64,000 nt of DNA. Source: Malacoraja senta. Its lineage: Eukaryota. This document shows, in pieces, positions 38,001-51,954 of the stretch. Both the position numbers and the translations under genes were made by a program. Position 1 is the stretch's first letter, and every line of letters starts with the position of its first letter. The notes under the pieces were generated by a model, which worked only from the letters and a program-made list of their open reading frames with translations, did not search any database and had not been told where the DNA came from. The stretch spans positions 6,884,001 to 6,948,000 of the forward strand of contig CM075990.1 of assembly GCA_038087875.1 (NCBI GenBank), given 5' to 3'.

Positions 38001-39395
38001 GTGGAAACAGGCCCTTCGGATCACCTAGTCTGCGCTAATCAACAATCACCACGTACCCAACTAGTTTAAGCCTACACTCTAGAGACAATTTACAGAAGCC
38101 AATTAACCTACAAACCTGCATCTCTTTGGAACGTGGGAGGAAACCCACACAGTCACAGGGATGTCTTCAAGAGTCTGACAACCGCGGAGAAGAGATGGGG
38201 CTAGATTGCGTGATGGACTGGGCTACATTCACAGCTCTCTGCAATTTCTGGCAGTTTTGAACAGAGCAGTTGCCATACCAAGCTGCGATGCATCGAAATT
38301 TGAGGCTTATTATAGAGTTGCTGTAGAAATCGGTACGAGTCTTTGGAGACATGTCAAAATTCCTTCGTCTTCTCAGGAAGTAGAGGCGTTGGTGTGCTTT
38401 CTTGGCTGTCGTTGGGGGCAGAATTTGTGGGGGAGTTGATGGGAATGAGGTGACAACAAAATTAGATTAAAGTAGGATTGTTGAAAATGGGTGCCGAATT
38501 GTTGATATGGAATGGATGGATCTGTATCTGTATTGTGTCTGTCCATGAATTCATATATAATGCCCTTGTAAATTATTCTCCCCAAATCCCCATTAATTCT
38601 CCCCGGATTCTGCCACTCAGTGACAAACACTGAGAGGAAACTAGAGCATTCATGGCAAACCAACATGAGTAGAGGAAAGAAAATGACACAAAGTGCTGGA
38701 GTAACTCAGCTGGTCAGGCGGTATCTCTGGAGAATGTGATAGGTGATGTTTTGGGTCACCCGAAACATGAACTGAAGAAGAGTCCTGGCCCGAATTGTCA
38801 CCTATCCATGATCGCCAGACGTTGCCTAACCTGCTGAGTTACTCCAACACTTTGTCCCTATTTTTGCAAGCCAGCATCTGCAGTTCCTTGTTTCTATGTG
38901 GTTACAGGGAGAACATGCAAACTCCACACGGACTGCACCCGAGGCCAGGATTAAACCTGATTTGTTGAGGCTTTGGGGCAGTAGATCTTCCTCCTGCAGC
39001 ACTGCAAGACTGAACAGTAGGAGACACACAGAAACCTCAACTATAACACAATCATGTAAGATCCCCCTAATGTTTGGTGTCCTTGCAATGGACAAGCTTT
39101 ATGGATCAAGATGCCAAAGAACTACATTGATATCAAATGTGTAGGAAAAAACTGCAGATGCTAGTTTAAACTGAAGATAGACACAAAATTCTGGAGTAAC
39201 TCAGCGGGACAGGCAGCATCTTTGGAGAGAAGGAATGGGTTTCGGGTCGAGATCCTTCTCCAGACTGATGTGATGATATCAAATTTGATGATATCAAATG
39301 TTGGTTTCAAGGCCAATGTCTACACTCAATGAATGACCACGAGGGAGAAATGCGAAGACCCCATGTTGGTGACTGCATTTTTTTTCGCTACTCAC

Positions 39396-39546
39396 TGAAT
39401 TATACTGAAGTTTTCAACAAAGAACTTGATCCGTAGAAATAACGTAAAGTTGACGATGGCTGTTTTTCTCTTGGGAGGATCCTTCCAGCCATGTGGTGCC
39501 GTCTTGTGCAACTTGGTAAAAGGGTCAAGAAAGAAAAATTCCTTCC
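39396..39546 (-). CDS. FRMPD2: Exon, FERM N-lobe (KEFFFLDPFTKLHKTAPHGWKD...LFLRIKFFVENFSII)
   Basis: gttacag acceptor, gtgagt donor, 151 nt, phase 1/2. Confidence 0.94.
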
Positions 39547-42353
39547 CTGTAACACAAACAGGACAAGGTGGTTGTTGATGAACATTAAAACAAAACAAAG
39601 CACCACTTGGCCAAAGTTAGCAAATACAAAACTGATCATGTTCTTCAATGTTTTGTTGGGTCTTTCATACTCGAAATGTTCATTGTGTTCTTGGTTTTTT
39701 TCACTGTGTTTTAAAACCAGGAGTATGAGGTGCCTGTAAGATGACAAGATTCCATGTTCCAAAAGTCTTTTGCTCCATGGTGCTGCTGTTGTATAGACAA
39801 ATCCACCATAAACTGTAAATGTATCATAAAAGATCATAGAATTTCATGCATACAAACACTTAAGAGTAGATTAACGTTTTCACGGTCTTCCTGACTGGAT
39901 TAAAAAAAAAAAAAAGATTTTCATTCTGTTCATTTCCCACGTCTCTCATTACACCATTTGAGACCTTTGAACTATTCATTGGAGACCTTTGAACTAGCTT
40001 TAAACAGACTTTATCTGACTTCCAATGTTATATCTTGCACTAAATGTTGTACTCTTTATCCGTTATCTGTGCTCTGTGGACGGATTGATTGTATTAATGT
40101 ATAGTCTTTCTTTGACTGGATAGCACGCAAACAAAGCTTTTCACTGCATCTTGGTACACGTTGCAATAATAACCTCAACTATGAAATCAGGAAATGGTTT
40201 TCAGTGTCTCCTTCATGACATTTTCACTAACGTGATCTAAGGTGGTTATTTGCCTGTGGTAATCTTATTTTCACCTATATTAATAAAACAGCACCTGTCT
40301 ATGAAGTAACACTTAAAAAAAAAAAATTGTTTAAATAGCTGCATTCTAAAACCTTACCCAATTATATAATGATAATATAATTATCTATATTATAATGTTA
40401 TGATTCATTGTAATTTTACAATCAGTGGTGCCAGATATATTAGTTGGCAAAGAGGCAGGCCATTCGCTCCATCAAGTCTGACTAGTATCATCAGTCCCAT
40501 TCCTTTGCTATTAAGGCACTGAATGGTTTTGTTTCTCCCACCCTTACAGGCAGTACATTTCCTTATAGTTCTAGTGAGTTCAAGTAGAAAGTTGAACCAA
40601 GAAATAATTTAAAACTATTGCAATTTCAAGCACTGTTTACGTCCGGTTTGCCACTAACATCAATAGAGACCACTGATTTGTTTTGTGTGTTTGGTCGGGT
40701 TAAAGTTAGTTTAAAAGTTACAGTTACCAGCAGGCTACACCCGTTTTATGTATTCTTACCAACAAAATATGGAAAAACACCCACCAATAACCTACCTAGA
40801 AATTAGAGTCATACAGCACAGAAACAGGCCTTTGGCCCACTTGGTCCACGCTGACCACAGGGTGTCAGGGGAGAAGGCAGAAGAATGGTTTGAGGGGGTA
40901 AGTTAGATCAGCCATGATTGAATGGTGGAGTACACTAGATGGGCCGAATAGCCTATTTTTTTTCTTTGGTCCTCTCCAAATCTCTTCATCGTCATTTTAA
41001 ACCTGTTCTTTGATTTTACTGGTACCTTGCAATAACAAACTTTGCCAAACACTAATTTAAAAAAAAAGAATAATGCCCCTGAATTAAATGATAAATCAAA
41101 GGAAGACATAAGTGACTGGGGCGACACAATGGCGCAGTGGTAGAGATGCTGCCTCACAGCGCCAGACACCCGAGTTAGACAATAGACAATAGGTGCAGGA
41201 GAAGGCCATTCAGCCCTTCGAGCCAGCACTGCCATTCAATGTGATCATGGCTGATCATCCCCAATCAGTACCCCATTCCTGCCTTCTCCCCATATCCCCT
41301 GACTCCGCTATTTTTAAGAGCCCTATCTAGCTCTCTCTTGAAAGCATCCAGAGAACCTGCCTCCACCGCCCTCTGAGGCAGAGAATTCCACAGAGTTCGA
41401 TTCTGAATATGGGTACTGTCTGTACGGAGTTTGTACATACTCCCCTGTGACCACATGGGTTTTTCCTGGGTGCTCCGGTTTCCTCCCACACTGCAAAGAC
41501 GTACAGGTTTGTAGGTTAATTGGCATTGACAACAACAAAAAATTGTCCCGAGTGTGCAGGATAGAGCTAGTGAAGGACTTGTGCAGGATAGTGCAGGATA
41601 GCACTATTGAAGGACTTGTGCAGGAGTGTGCAGGATAGTGCTAGTGAAGGACTTGCTTCCTCCCTGCATCTATAAACTAAACTAAAAAAAAGATTGCAGA
41701 TATTGGAATCATGAGCAAACATTAAACTGCTGCTGCAGCATCCACAGAGGCAGAGAGATGGTGATATTTAGGGTCGAGACCCTGTATCAGGATTAAGTCC
41801 CAATCATGGTGGAGTAGAGGTTGCAATACTCCGAGAGGAATAAAATGGTTATCCAAATGCCAGGTACTGTAGATGGTAGAGTAATGGCATTGAGTAACAA
41901 CTGACTCAACACATTGTGTACGTGATCACATAATGAGAATGGTCCTATAAAGACAACTCCGTCACACATTCCTCACGTTTGAATATGGTTATTTTACTGG
42001 ATTAATAACACAGAATTCAGCGTCAAATCACAGAAAGTTGTAACACGATTTAGTAATGGATGCAAACAAACAACTCCACTGAGGCAATCCAATGGCAGAT
42101 TGGGGCCAGTTCTCATGGCTTCCGTTCTAATTAACTGCAGAAGGGTCCCGACTCAAAACGTCACCTATCCATGTTTCCCAGAGATGCTGTCTGACCTGCT
42201 GAGTTACGCCAGCACTTTGTGTCTTCTCCAATTAATTCCTAGTGTTTGTGACACATAAAACTACAAAAAAAAACATTTACTGGCTTCACTGGTGTAATCA
42301 GATTCACAGGAAATGAACAAAATGAATATTCAAATATTTAAACCAGACAGGAA

Positions 42354-42535
42354 AGGGTCTGTCTCACTTGGCTGTCATTTGCGCGTCATGCAGATGGCGC
42401 GCGAAGATTTTGTACATCACAAAATCCTGCTACGCTGCGCGTCACTGCCTGTGTCATCGCGCGCGTTGTGCGTCGTGACGCGTAAATGATGTCGCATAAA
42501 TTACGCGCAAATTACGACCAAGTGGGACAGGCCCT
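42354..42535. mobile_element. MITE, PIF/Harbinger-like (182 bp)
   Basis: TIRs AGGGTCTGTCTCACTTGG...CCAAGTGGGACAGGCCCT with a 3-bp GAA duplication on both sides. Confidence 0.75.
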
Positions 42536-43524
42536 GAAGACTGTGGACACTTGATCTGTTCTCACACATTCCATACACACAACATGTGGACACACACTAA
42601 CGTGTTATTAGTACCGAGCAAAGTACAAATACAACATGAGATTCACTGGAAGGCATCACAACTCTGCCCTCAGCTCATACTCTGACCCTTCAGTGCCCTG
42701 ATCTTCACCATTAGTTCTCCTTGTTCTTTTTAGGTCGTTTATTTAGTTTAGAGATACAGCATGAAAACAAGCCCTTCAGCCCACTGAGTCAATGCCAACC
42801 AACGACCATACACTATTGTGTAGGAAGGAACTGCAGATGCTGGTTTAAACCGAAGATAGACAGAAAATGCTCAGCCTGAAGAAGGGTCTCAACCTGAAAC
42901 ATCACCCACTCCTTCTCTCCAGAGATGCTGCCCGTCCCGCTAAGTTACTCCAGCATTTTGTGTCCATCTCTGACCGTACACTCTTTCTATCCTACATACA
43001 AGGGACAATTTACAGAAGCCAATTAACCTAAAGTCTGAAGAATGGTCCCGACCCGCAAAGTCACCCACCCTTTTTCTCCAGAGATGCTGCCTGACCCACT
43101 GAGTTACTCCAGGACTTTGCGTCCATCTTTGGTATAAATCAGCATTTGCAGTTCTTAGTTTCTAACCTACAAACCTGCGTGCCTTTGGAGTGTGGGAGGA
43201 AACCCGGGGCACCTGGAGAAAACGCACACTTTCACAGGGAGAACCTGCAAACTCCACACTGACAGCACTTGAGGTCAGAATCGAACCCAGCTGTCTGGCG
43301 CTGTAAGGCAGCAGCTCTACTGCTGCACCATCATGCCAGTAGATCAGGCTGGTGTACTGTTACGTGTGGAAACACCTATTCATTCCAGTTTTCATGTGCT
43401 GTAATTTAGGTGCCATCCAGTCACGTGTGTGCGTGTTAATATAGGCAGGCATGTGTAGACTCTACACTTTGCACTCTATCTTCTCCTTTGCTCTATTGTA
43501 CATGAGTTTGACTTGATTAGTCAT

Positions 43525-43920
43525 GGTCATAGAGTCATAGATTAATACAGTGTGGGAACAGGCCCTTCGGCCCAACTCGCCCACACCGGACAACATGTCC
43601 CAGCTACACTAGTCCCACATGCCTGCGCTTGGTCCATATCTCTACAAACCTGTCCTATCCATGTACCTGCCCAACTGTTTCTTAAACGATGGGATAGTCC
43701 CAGCCTCAACTACCTCCTCTGGCAGCTTGTTCCATACACCCACCACCCTCTGTGTGAAAAAGTTACCTCTCGGATTCCTATTAAATCTTTTCCCCTTCAC
43801 CTTGAACCTATGTCCTCTGGACCTCGATTCCCCTACTCTGGGTAAAAGACTCGGTGCATCGACCCGATCTATTCCCCTCATGATTTTGTACACCTCTATA
43901 AGATCACCCCTCATCCTCCT
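43525..43920 (-). mobile_element. CR1 LINE 3' fragment
   Basis: RRMRGDLIEVYKIMRG...VWNKLPEEVV and (GACTCTAT) tail. Confidence 0.88.
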
Positions 43921-45537
43921 ACGATTGTGTTTCTGTATGGTACATCTGATCTGACTGAACAGCATGCATTGCAAAGCTTTTCACTGTACCTCGGTACACA
44001 TGGCAATAATAAGCCGAAACCTAGATAAACAGTAGTGAATGACTTTCATTGCCATTGGACCCACGACATCTTTAGTCCAATTCCAGCCTTTCCTGACTGA
44101 CCTTGTACTTGTAATTAAAACAATATAATGGGAGGAAGTTTTCTATTGTGCCATCTGGCCAAGACGGTCCTCCATCTGTGCTATCACTCTCCCCAGATGT
44201 CCCCTGCCACCCATGAAATTTAATTTTCCTGCTGGAATCTTGCCAAGCTGCAGAAAAAGACTGCCAAGCCTGGAATGTTGTTAGGAAGTGTTACAAAAAG
44301 CTTGGTTGAGAAATAGCTCTGTCAAGGTATTTTAACTTTTAATTTGAACACGGGCAACATCTGTTCACCAGGAAGAGTAAAGATGTACACTTAATTTATC
44401 CCTGCATCATTAGCGTGAGGTTGTGGGGTGTGTGTGCTGGGTCTACTATAGAATTGTCCCATCCACTGCTGCCTGACAATAAGTGTTGGACACTAAACCT
44501 TATTTTTTTACAAATTGGCTCACGTTTGATTATACAGTAAAACTCCACAGTTGCAGCCACTCACAGAACATATGTTTTGACTCGCTGTTAATTGAAGAAA
44601 TAATTTAAAAGTTCAACTGCCTTTGGATGGCGGGAATGCGACGTCAAAAACTAACATTCCATGCGATTAACCGGGTATATATTTTTAACATATAAATCAC
44701 GTCAGGGGTTATGGGGAGAAGGCAGGAGAATGGGGTTAGGAGGGGGAGACAGATCAGCCATGTTTGAATGGCGGAGTAGACTTGATGGGCCGAATGGCCT
44801 AATTCTGCTCCTATCACATGAATTTGTGAACTTGTGAAGGCAGAGCTCATAATGTTGAGGCCTATGACTAATATTAACCTCTGTTTGTTCCAGATCTCAG
44901 TGCCCCGTGGACAAACGAATACTCAATTTGCACTCGTTCCACAAATGCATTGTAACATTTTAAAGGAAAAACATTGTTGAATTGTAAGATATTACAGCCA
45001 TCCATCCTGTCTATGCTGAGTTTGCCTTGGTTCACAACTCTTCGCATCGTCAGTTTCACACGAAAAATCACCGCGTGATTGCGTAATTGTTAGGCAATTT
45101 TCTTTATTCCACTGAGATCAATAACTGGGGCCTCTTCCAAAACTGCAGAGATCAGGGACAGCTTGGGAGGAGAGGTTGGGCAGAATTGGGTGTGGGTAGG
45201 GTACATGGCAGTGAAGGGTCAGTTGAATCTATTCTAATGCAATCCATTGCGATTTTGATAGGAATCCCCTGGATCACACAAGATCTAGCCTGGGTCACGT
45301 ACGCGTTGTTTTCCTGGACCCACCACCAAAGTTAAGCTTTCACCTTTTAACCTCTAGAGTGTTCAAAATTCAAATTTCCAGCTTGACTCCAGAGGGAATC
45401 AACAGAACTTTGGAAAATATGACTCACAAAGGCTCGCAAAGATCGAACAATAAATCAGCTAAACGGTTCATATAAACAACAGGAATGACTCAGAACCAAC
45501 CAGAAAAATGATGCAAGGAGATCTTTGAAAAACGTAC

Positions 45538-45712
45538 CTTTCAGATAAGCAAGGCCGAAGTAGAAATGCTCCACGAGGTTGGTGTACGCCACGACCATGT
45601 CAAATACATCACTGCCCCTCGACTTCACGTCACATTTCACTTGCAAACATTGTCCGTTTGGTATGATGACACTGAGTTCTCGCTGTGACAGATGCACCTT
45701 CCCTTTCTTGCT
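45538..45712 (-). CDS. FRMPD2: Exon, start of FERM (SKKGKVHLSQRELSVIIPNGQ...YFGLAYLK)
   Basis: tttgcag acceptor, gtacgt donor, 175 nt, phase 0/1. Confidence 0.94.
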
Positions 45713-45739
45713 CTGCAAAGAAGAAACTCCAATACTTCA

Positions 45740-46045
45740 GTTGAGTTTAGCTAAGAGATACACGTGGAAACGGGCCCTTCAGTCCAACGAGTCCGCACCG
45801 ACCAGCGATCCCCATACACCAGCACTATCCCACACACTAGGGACAGTTTACAATCTTTCCAGAAGCCAATTAACCTACTACAAACCTGTAAGTCTTTGGA
45901 GTGTGGGAGAAAACTGGAGCACCTGGGGAAAACCCACGCAGGTCATGGGGAGAACGTACTAACGCCGTATAGACAGTAACCGTAGTCAGGATGGTACCCG
46001 GGTCTCTGGCGCTGGAAGACAGCAACTCTACCGCTGTGCCACCGT
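45740..46045 (-). mobile_element. V-SINE (HE1-like)
   Basis: Reverse copy of the SINE consensus. Confidence 0.82.
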
Positions 46046-46274
46046 TACTTGACTGTGGACTGATCACCTCAAGCCATCGTGACTCACAGAACACATCAGC
46101 TTGTCAAGCGTCAGCCTAATCACAACACGCACCCACTCTGATTGAAATCATTAATAATGGTCCAGAAAATGACACTTATTGTTTGTAAGCAATTTAGCAA
46201 TTCAGCTTCGGACAAATTTAGGAAAACCCAATTTTAACTTGGAAATATGAGCTTTTCCTTACAGTATTGCCTAT

Positions 46275-48325
46275 TAGAAACATAGAAAATAGGTGCAGGA
46301 GGAGGCCATTTGCCCCTTCGAGCCAGCACCGCCATTCATTTTGATCATGGCTGATCATCCACAATCAGTGACCCGTGCCTGCCTTCTCACCATAACCTTT
46401 GATTCCGCTAGCCCCTAAAGCTCTATCTAACTCTCTTTTAAATTCATCCAGTGAATTGGCCTCTACTGCCTTCTGTGGCAGAGAATTCCACAAATTCACA
46501 ACTCTCTGGGTGAAAACGTTTTTTTCTCATCTCAGTTTTAAAAGGCCTCCCCTTTATTCTTAGACTGTGGCCCCTGGTTCTGGACTCCACAACATTGGGA
46601 ACATTTTTCCTGCATCTAGCTTGTCCAGTCCTTTTATAATGTTATACATTTCTATAAGATCCCCTCTCATCTTTCTAAATTCCAGTGAATACAAGCCCAA
46701 TCTTTCCAATCTTTTCTCATATGGCAGTCCCGCCATCCTGCGGATTAACCTCGTGAACCTACGCTGCACTGCCTCAATAACAAGAATGTCCTTCCTCAAA
46801 TTAGGAGACCAAAACTGCACACAATACTCCAGATGTGGTCTTATCAGGGCCCTGTACAACTGCAGAAGGACCTATTTACTCCTACACTCAAATCCTCTCG
46901 TGATGAAGGCCAACATGCCATTAGCTTTCTTCACTGCCTGCTGTATCTGCATGTTTACTTTCCATGACTGGTGTACAAGGACACCCAGGTCTCCTTGCAC
47001 TTGCACTTCCCTTTTTCCTAATCTAACACCATTGAGATAATAATCTGCCTCCTTGTTCTTGCCGCCAAAGTGGATAACCTCACATTTATCTACATTATAC
47101 TGCATCTGCCATGAATCTGCCCACACACTCAAGCTGTCCAAGTCACCCTGCAGCCTCCTAGCATCCTCTTCGCAGTTCACACTGCCACCCAGCTTTGTGT
47201 CATCTGCAAACTTGCTAGTGTTACTTTTAATTCCATCATCTAAATCATTAATATATATTGTAAATAGTTGCGGCCCAAGCACCGAGCCTTGCGGCACTTC
47301 ACTCGCCACTGCCTGCCATTCTGACAGGGACCCGTTTATTCCTACTCTTTGTTTCCTGTCTGCCAACCAATTCTCTATCCATGTCAATACCCTACCCCCA
47401 ATACCATGTGCTCTAATTTTGCCCACTAATCTGCTGTGTGGGACCTTATCAAAGGCTTTCTGAAAGTCCAGATACAATACATCCACTGGCTCTCCTTCAT
47501 CCATTTTTCTTGTCACATCCTCAAAAAATTCCAGAAGATTAGTCAAGCAGTATTTCCCCTTCATAAATCCATGCTGACTTGGACCAATCCTTTTACTGCT
47601 ATCCAAATGCACCATTATTACTTCTTTAACAATTGACTCCAGCATCTTCCCCACCACCGATGTCAGGCTAACTGGTCTATAATTCCCCGTTTTCTATCTC
47701 GCTCCTTTCTTGAAAAGTGGGATAACATTAGCTACCCTCCAATCCACAGGAACTGATCCTGAATCTGTAGAACATTGGAAAATGATCACTAATGCCTCCA
47801 TGATTTCTAGAGCCATCTCCTTGAGTAACCTGGTATGCAGACCATCAGGCCCTGGGGATTTATCAGCCTTCAGTCCCATCGGTCTCCCCAATACTGTTTC
47901 TCGCCTATCGCAGATTTCTTTCAGTTCCTCTGTCTCCCTAGATCCTCTGTACTCTAGTAAATCTGAGAGATTGTTTGTGTTTTCCTTAGTGAAGGCAGAA
48001 CCAAAGTGCCTGTTCAACTCTTCTGCCATTTCCTTGTTCCCCATAATAATTTCACCTGTTTCTGCCTTCAAGGGACCCACATTTGTCTTCACTAATCTTT
48101 TTCTCTTAACATACCTAAAGAAGCTTTTATTATCCTTCTTTATACTCTTCGCCAGCTTACCCTCGTACTTCATCTTTTCACCCCCTATTGCCCTTTTTGA
48201 TACCTTCTGTTGCCCTTTGAAAGTTTCCCAATCCTCTGGCTTCCCGCTATTCTTTGCTGTGTTATACACCTTTTCTTTGAGTTTTATTCCATCCCTAACG
48301 TCCCTTGTCAGCCACGGTTGCCTCT
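46275..48325 (-). mobile_element. CR1 LINE, ~2 kb, 5'-truncated, RT domain with stops and frameshifts
   Basis: ORFs 47694-48269, 46872-47657 and 46560-46859: KSPGPDG, YLDFQKAFDKVPH, PQGSVLGP, KFADDTK. Confidence 0.95.
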
Positions 48326-48877
48326 GGTTGGGAATAATCTACCAGAACCCGTCTATCATCGTGGCAAGGTTTAATCTCAAGTTCCAACGTGTAGGTCACT
48401 CCAGTGATGGATTTCCTAGTTCCATTTGCATGAAGAATGGGCCCAAACTGGAAAGTCTTCTGTCCATTTTCCTCCACTTGTAACCAATCCAAATGTGCAT
48501 GTCATTAGGAATCTTAGCACTTACCTCACATATTAAAGCTTTCTTCAATCTTTGCATCTATGTAGATCACCAGCATAATCAAGGATGCGTCTCACCCTGG
48601 TCATTCCCCCTCTCCCCTCTCCCCTCTCCCATCAGGCAAGAGGTAGAGGTTAAGGCTAATGGAATCAAGGGATATGGGGAGAAAGCAGGAACAGGGTGCT
48701 GATTTTGGATGATCATACTGAATGGCGGTGCTCGCTCAAAAGGCTGAATGGCCTACTCCTGCACCTATTTTCTATGTTTCTATGTTTCTAGGTAGAGAAG
48801 TGTGAAATCGCATATCTCCAGATTCAGGGACGGTTTCATCCCAGCTGTGATCGGTCAACTGAACCATCCTATCACCA

Positions 48878-49365
48878 TAGAAACATAGAAACATAGAAAC
48901 TAGGTGCAGGAGGAGGCCATTCGGCCCTTCGAGCCAGCACCGCCATTCATTGTGATCATGGCTGATCGGCCCCTATCAATAACCCGTGCCTGCCTTCTCC
49001 CCATATCCCTCGACTCCACTAGCCCCTAGAGCTCTATCTAACTCTCTCTTAAATCCATCCAGTGACTTGGCCTCCACTGCCCTCTGTGGCAGGGAATTCC
49101 ATAAATTCACAACTCTCTGGGTGAAAACGTTTTTTCTCACCTCAGTCTTAAATGACCTCCCCTTTATTCTAAGTCTGTGGCCCCTGCTTCTGGACTCGCC
49201 CAACATTGGGAACATTTTTCCTGCATCTAGCTTGTCCAGTCCTTTTATAATTTTATATGTTTCTATAAGATCCCCCCTCATCCTTCTGAACTCCAGTGAA
49301 TACAAGCCTAGTCTTTTCAATCTTTCCTCATATGACAGTCCCGCGATCCCAGGGATCAATCTCGC
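48878..49365 (-). mobile_element. CR1 LINE 3' fragment
   Basis: ORF 48976-49359 and (TTTCTATG)n tail. Confidence 0.9.
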
Positions 49366-49684
49366 CCCATCCCAGGGACCACCAGCTAGAGAGCAGTCCT
49401 GACCTCATTGGAGACCCAACAGAATGTCTTTAATCAGACTTTACTGGACTTTACCTTGCACTAAACGGGATTCCCTTTAACCTGTGTCTGTACACTGTGG
49501 ACGGCTTGATTGTAATCAGGTATAGTCTTTCCCCTGACTGAATAGAACACAGCAAAAATGCTGTTCACTGTATACGTGACAATAAACTAAACTAAACTAA
49601 TCTTTCCAACCCATGTCAAACCAATGTCAATAGCCTCGTGAATGGGGGCTAAGGACTTGCACAAAGGGGGCACCAGCTAGTGTA

Positions 49685-49977
49685 GTTTAGTTTAGTTTAG
49701 AGATACAGCGCGGAAACAGGCCCTTCCACGCCGACAAGCGATCCCCGCACATTAACACTATCCTACACACACTTTTATACAAAGCCAATTGACCTCCAAA
49801 CCTGTACATCTTTGGAGTGTGGGAGGAAATCGATGATCTCGCAGAAAACCCAAGCGGTCACGGGGAGAACGTACAAACACCGGACAGACAGCGCCCGCAG
49901 TCAGGATCGAACCCGGGTCACCGGCGCTGCAAGCGCTGTAAACAAGCAACTCTACCGCTGCGCCACCTTGCTGCCCA
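49685..49977 (-). mobile_element. V-SINE (HE1-like)
   Basis: Reverse copy with (TAAAC)n tail. Confidence 0.82.
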
Positions 49978-50102
49978 AGCTACTCTGCAGAATGTGGAAT
50001 TCAGACTAGTGACAGGGGATTTGCTCTGGGCTGCTGCTTCACTCCGCCACCTTCCTGTCAGTCAGCACAGTTTACGTCACTTAAATGGTCACACAGGAGA
50101 TA

Positions 50103-50462
50103 GGCACAAAATGCTGCAGTAACTCAGCGGGACAGGCAGCTTCTCTGGATAGAAGGAATAGGTGACGTTTTGGGACGAGATCCTTCTTCAGACTCTGGGG
50201 TGAGGTTAGAGTAGGTAAGGGGAGTGGAAGAGTTGAGACAGTTGATTTCACACCTGCAGTTGGAAATAAAGTGGTCTAGAGAGGGTAGAAGGCCGCTCTG
50301 GGGAGTCCAAGAGGAGGGGGACCGGTGGAAACAGGAGAAGGGGTCATCGCTGGGTGGTGAGGACTCCTTCCCATAGAAGAAGAAAAGCTCTACGTCGTGG
50401 CGGACCCGGAACTCGTTGAGGTGGGGGCGGAGGGGACCAATGGTGAAGCCTCTGTTGTGGAC
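50103..50462 (-). mobile_element. Penelope-like ORF fragment fused to a hammerhead terminal unit
   Basis: PLRPHLNEFRVRHDVELFF...SSWTP...LDHFI resembles the pre-RT region of Penelope-like ORFs (recall) and runs into CTGAAGAAGG...AAAACGTC. Confidence 0.6.
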
Positions 50463-50488
50463 GTCACACAGGAGATTGGGTTCCTCAC

Positions 50489-50566
50489 CACAATGGAGCC
50501 GGGCAGATCTAATGCCATCGTAGGACCTCCAGCCATCCGAATAAACTCTGGCCCCGAATATCGCTG
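50489..50566 (-). CDS. FRMPD2: Exon, pre-FERM (QRYSGPEFIRMAGGPTMALDLPGSIV)
   Basis: ctctgcag acceptor (CAGCAG tandem), gtgagg donor, 78 nt, phase 0/0. GPEF...LDLP motif typical of the PTPN13/FRMPD2 pre-FERM region. Confidence 0.88.
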
Positions 50567-51209
50567 CTGCAGAGAACAGGAAACAGAACCATAGAGTCAT
50601 CACACATATACATGGAGGCCGGTCAGCCCATCGTCCCAATGCTATCCCTTCAAAAGAATGCACCAGTTAATATCACCCAGCTTTTTTCCCCCCCATAGAG
50701 GTCTTGGTGATAGAGTCATACAGCACGGAAAACAGGCCCTTCGGCCCAACTTGCCCATGCTGACCAAAATGTCTTATCTACGCTAGTCCCACCCGCCTAT
50801 GTATAGCCCATATCCCTCTAAACATTTCCTATCTGTGTACTTGTCCAAATGTCTTTTAAATGTTGTTATAGTCCCTGCCTCAACTACCTCTTCTGGCAGC
50901 TCCTTCCATACACCCACCACCTCTTGTGTGAAAAAGTTGCCCCTCAGGTTCCTATTAAACATTTCCCCTCTCCCTTAAACCTATGTCCTCTGATTCTTGA
51001 TTCCCCCTATTCTGGGTAAACAACTGTACATTCAACCTATCTATTCCCCTCATATGCTTCTGATTATTTGAATTATATACGACATACACTTTTGAGATTG
51101 AATCTGCGCTCAAGTGGTATATTCCACCTGGAACTTGTGAACATTTAACTCTTCACAGCCTTCTCCCTACGTCAATACATTAGCATTATGACATCCTCTC
51201 ACAGTGTAA

Positions 51210-51663
51210 AGGGCCTGTCCCACTTGGCCGTCATTTGCGCCTCATTTACGCGTCATATGTAAAATTGGTCGATGCGTCATCATGCTGTCTGGTGTGCGTG
51301 ACGTCATTAGAATACCTTGCGGCGCGCGGCGACGCATGGTTACGCACGGTGACATAACCATGCGACACCACGGGATACACGTGAGACGTCGGGACGCAGT
51401 GTGCGACGCCACCCGCGTCAGCGTGCGTACCCAATGTGTCAGCGTGCGCACGCGATACGTCACGCACGTGGCGCGCGAGGATTTCGCACAGTACGAAATC
51501 CTGGAACGCCGCGCGATACCGCGCGCAACTCCACGCTCCTCCACGCCTCTCCATGCGCCCGTCTCGTGCTACCCACACGCTACCTGTACGTCACATCGCG
51601 TCGACCTATTTTACATATGACGCATAAATGAGGCGCAAATGCCGGCCAAGTGGGACAGGCCCT
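51210..51663. mobile_element. MITE, CpG-rich, same family as 42354-42535
   Basis: TIRs of about 65 bp, near perfect: AGGGCCTGTCCCACTTGGCCG...CGGCCAAGTGGGACAGGCCCT. Confidence 0.85.
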
Positions 51664-51954
51664 TTTGGGTCTCAGTCACTGATTCCAAAGTAACGAAGCT
51701 AGGAGCCAAAGATCATGCACTTCACCCAAGTGACAGGTGAACCACTGCTCCCCTCTCGACTCAGGATCAAAAACATTTCTCTCGGCCGAAGCAACTGTGT
51801 GAACACAAGAAAAATAGGAGCAGAAATATAGGCTACTCAGCCCCACAATCCTGCCTCAGAATTTAATATGATGATACTGGAGGAGGCAGATATGATAGTG
51901 GTCTTTAAGAGGTTTGAAGATTGGCACATGGAAATGCAGGGAACACAAGTTATA

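Noticed and set aside
47053..48483. Long + strand ORFs (136 and 257 aa)
   Set aside because: Antisense shadows of the CR1 ORF2 on the minus strand.
48295..48492. 65-aa minus-strand ORF next to the long CR1
   Set aside because: No convincing splice sites or homology; it runs into the CR1 5' truncation point out of frame.
51242..51631. Several overlapping ORFs of 63-112 aa
   Set aside because: By-product of a GC-rich palindromic MITE; no protein similarity.
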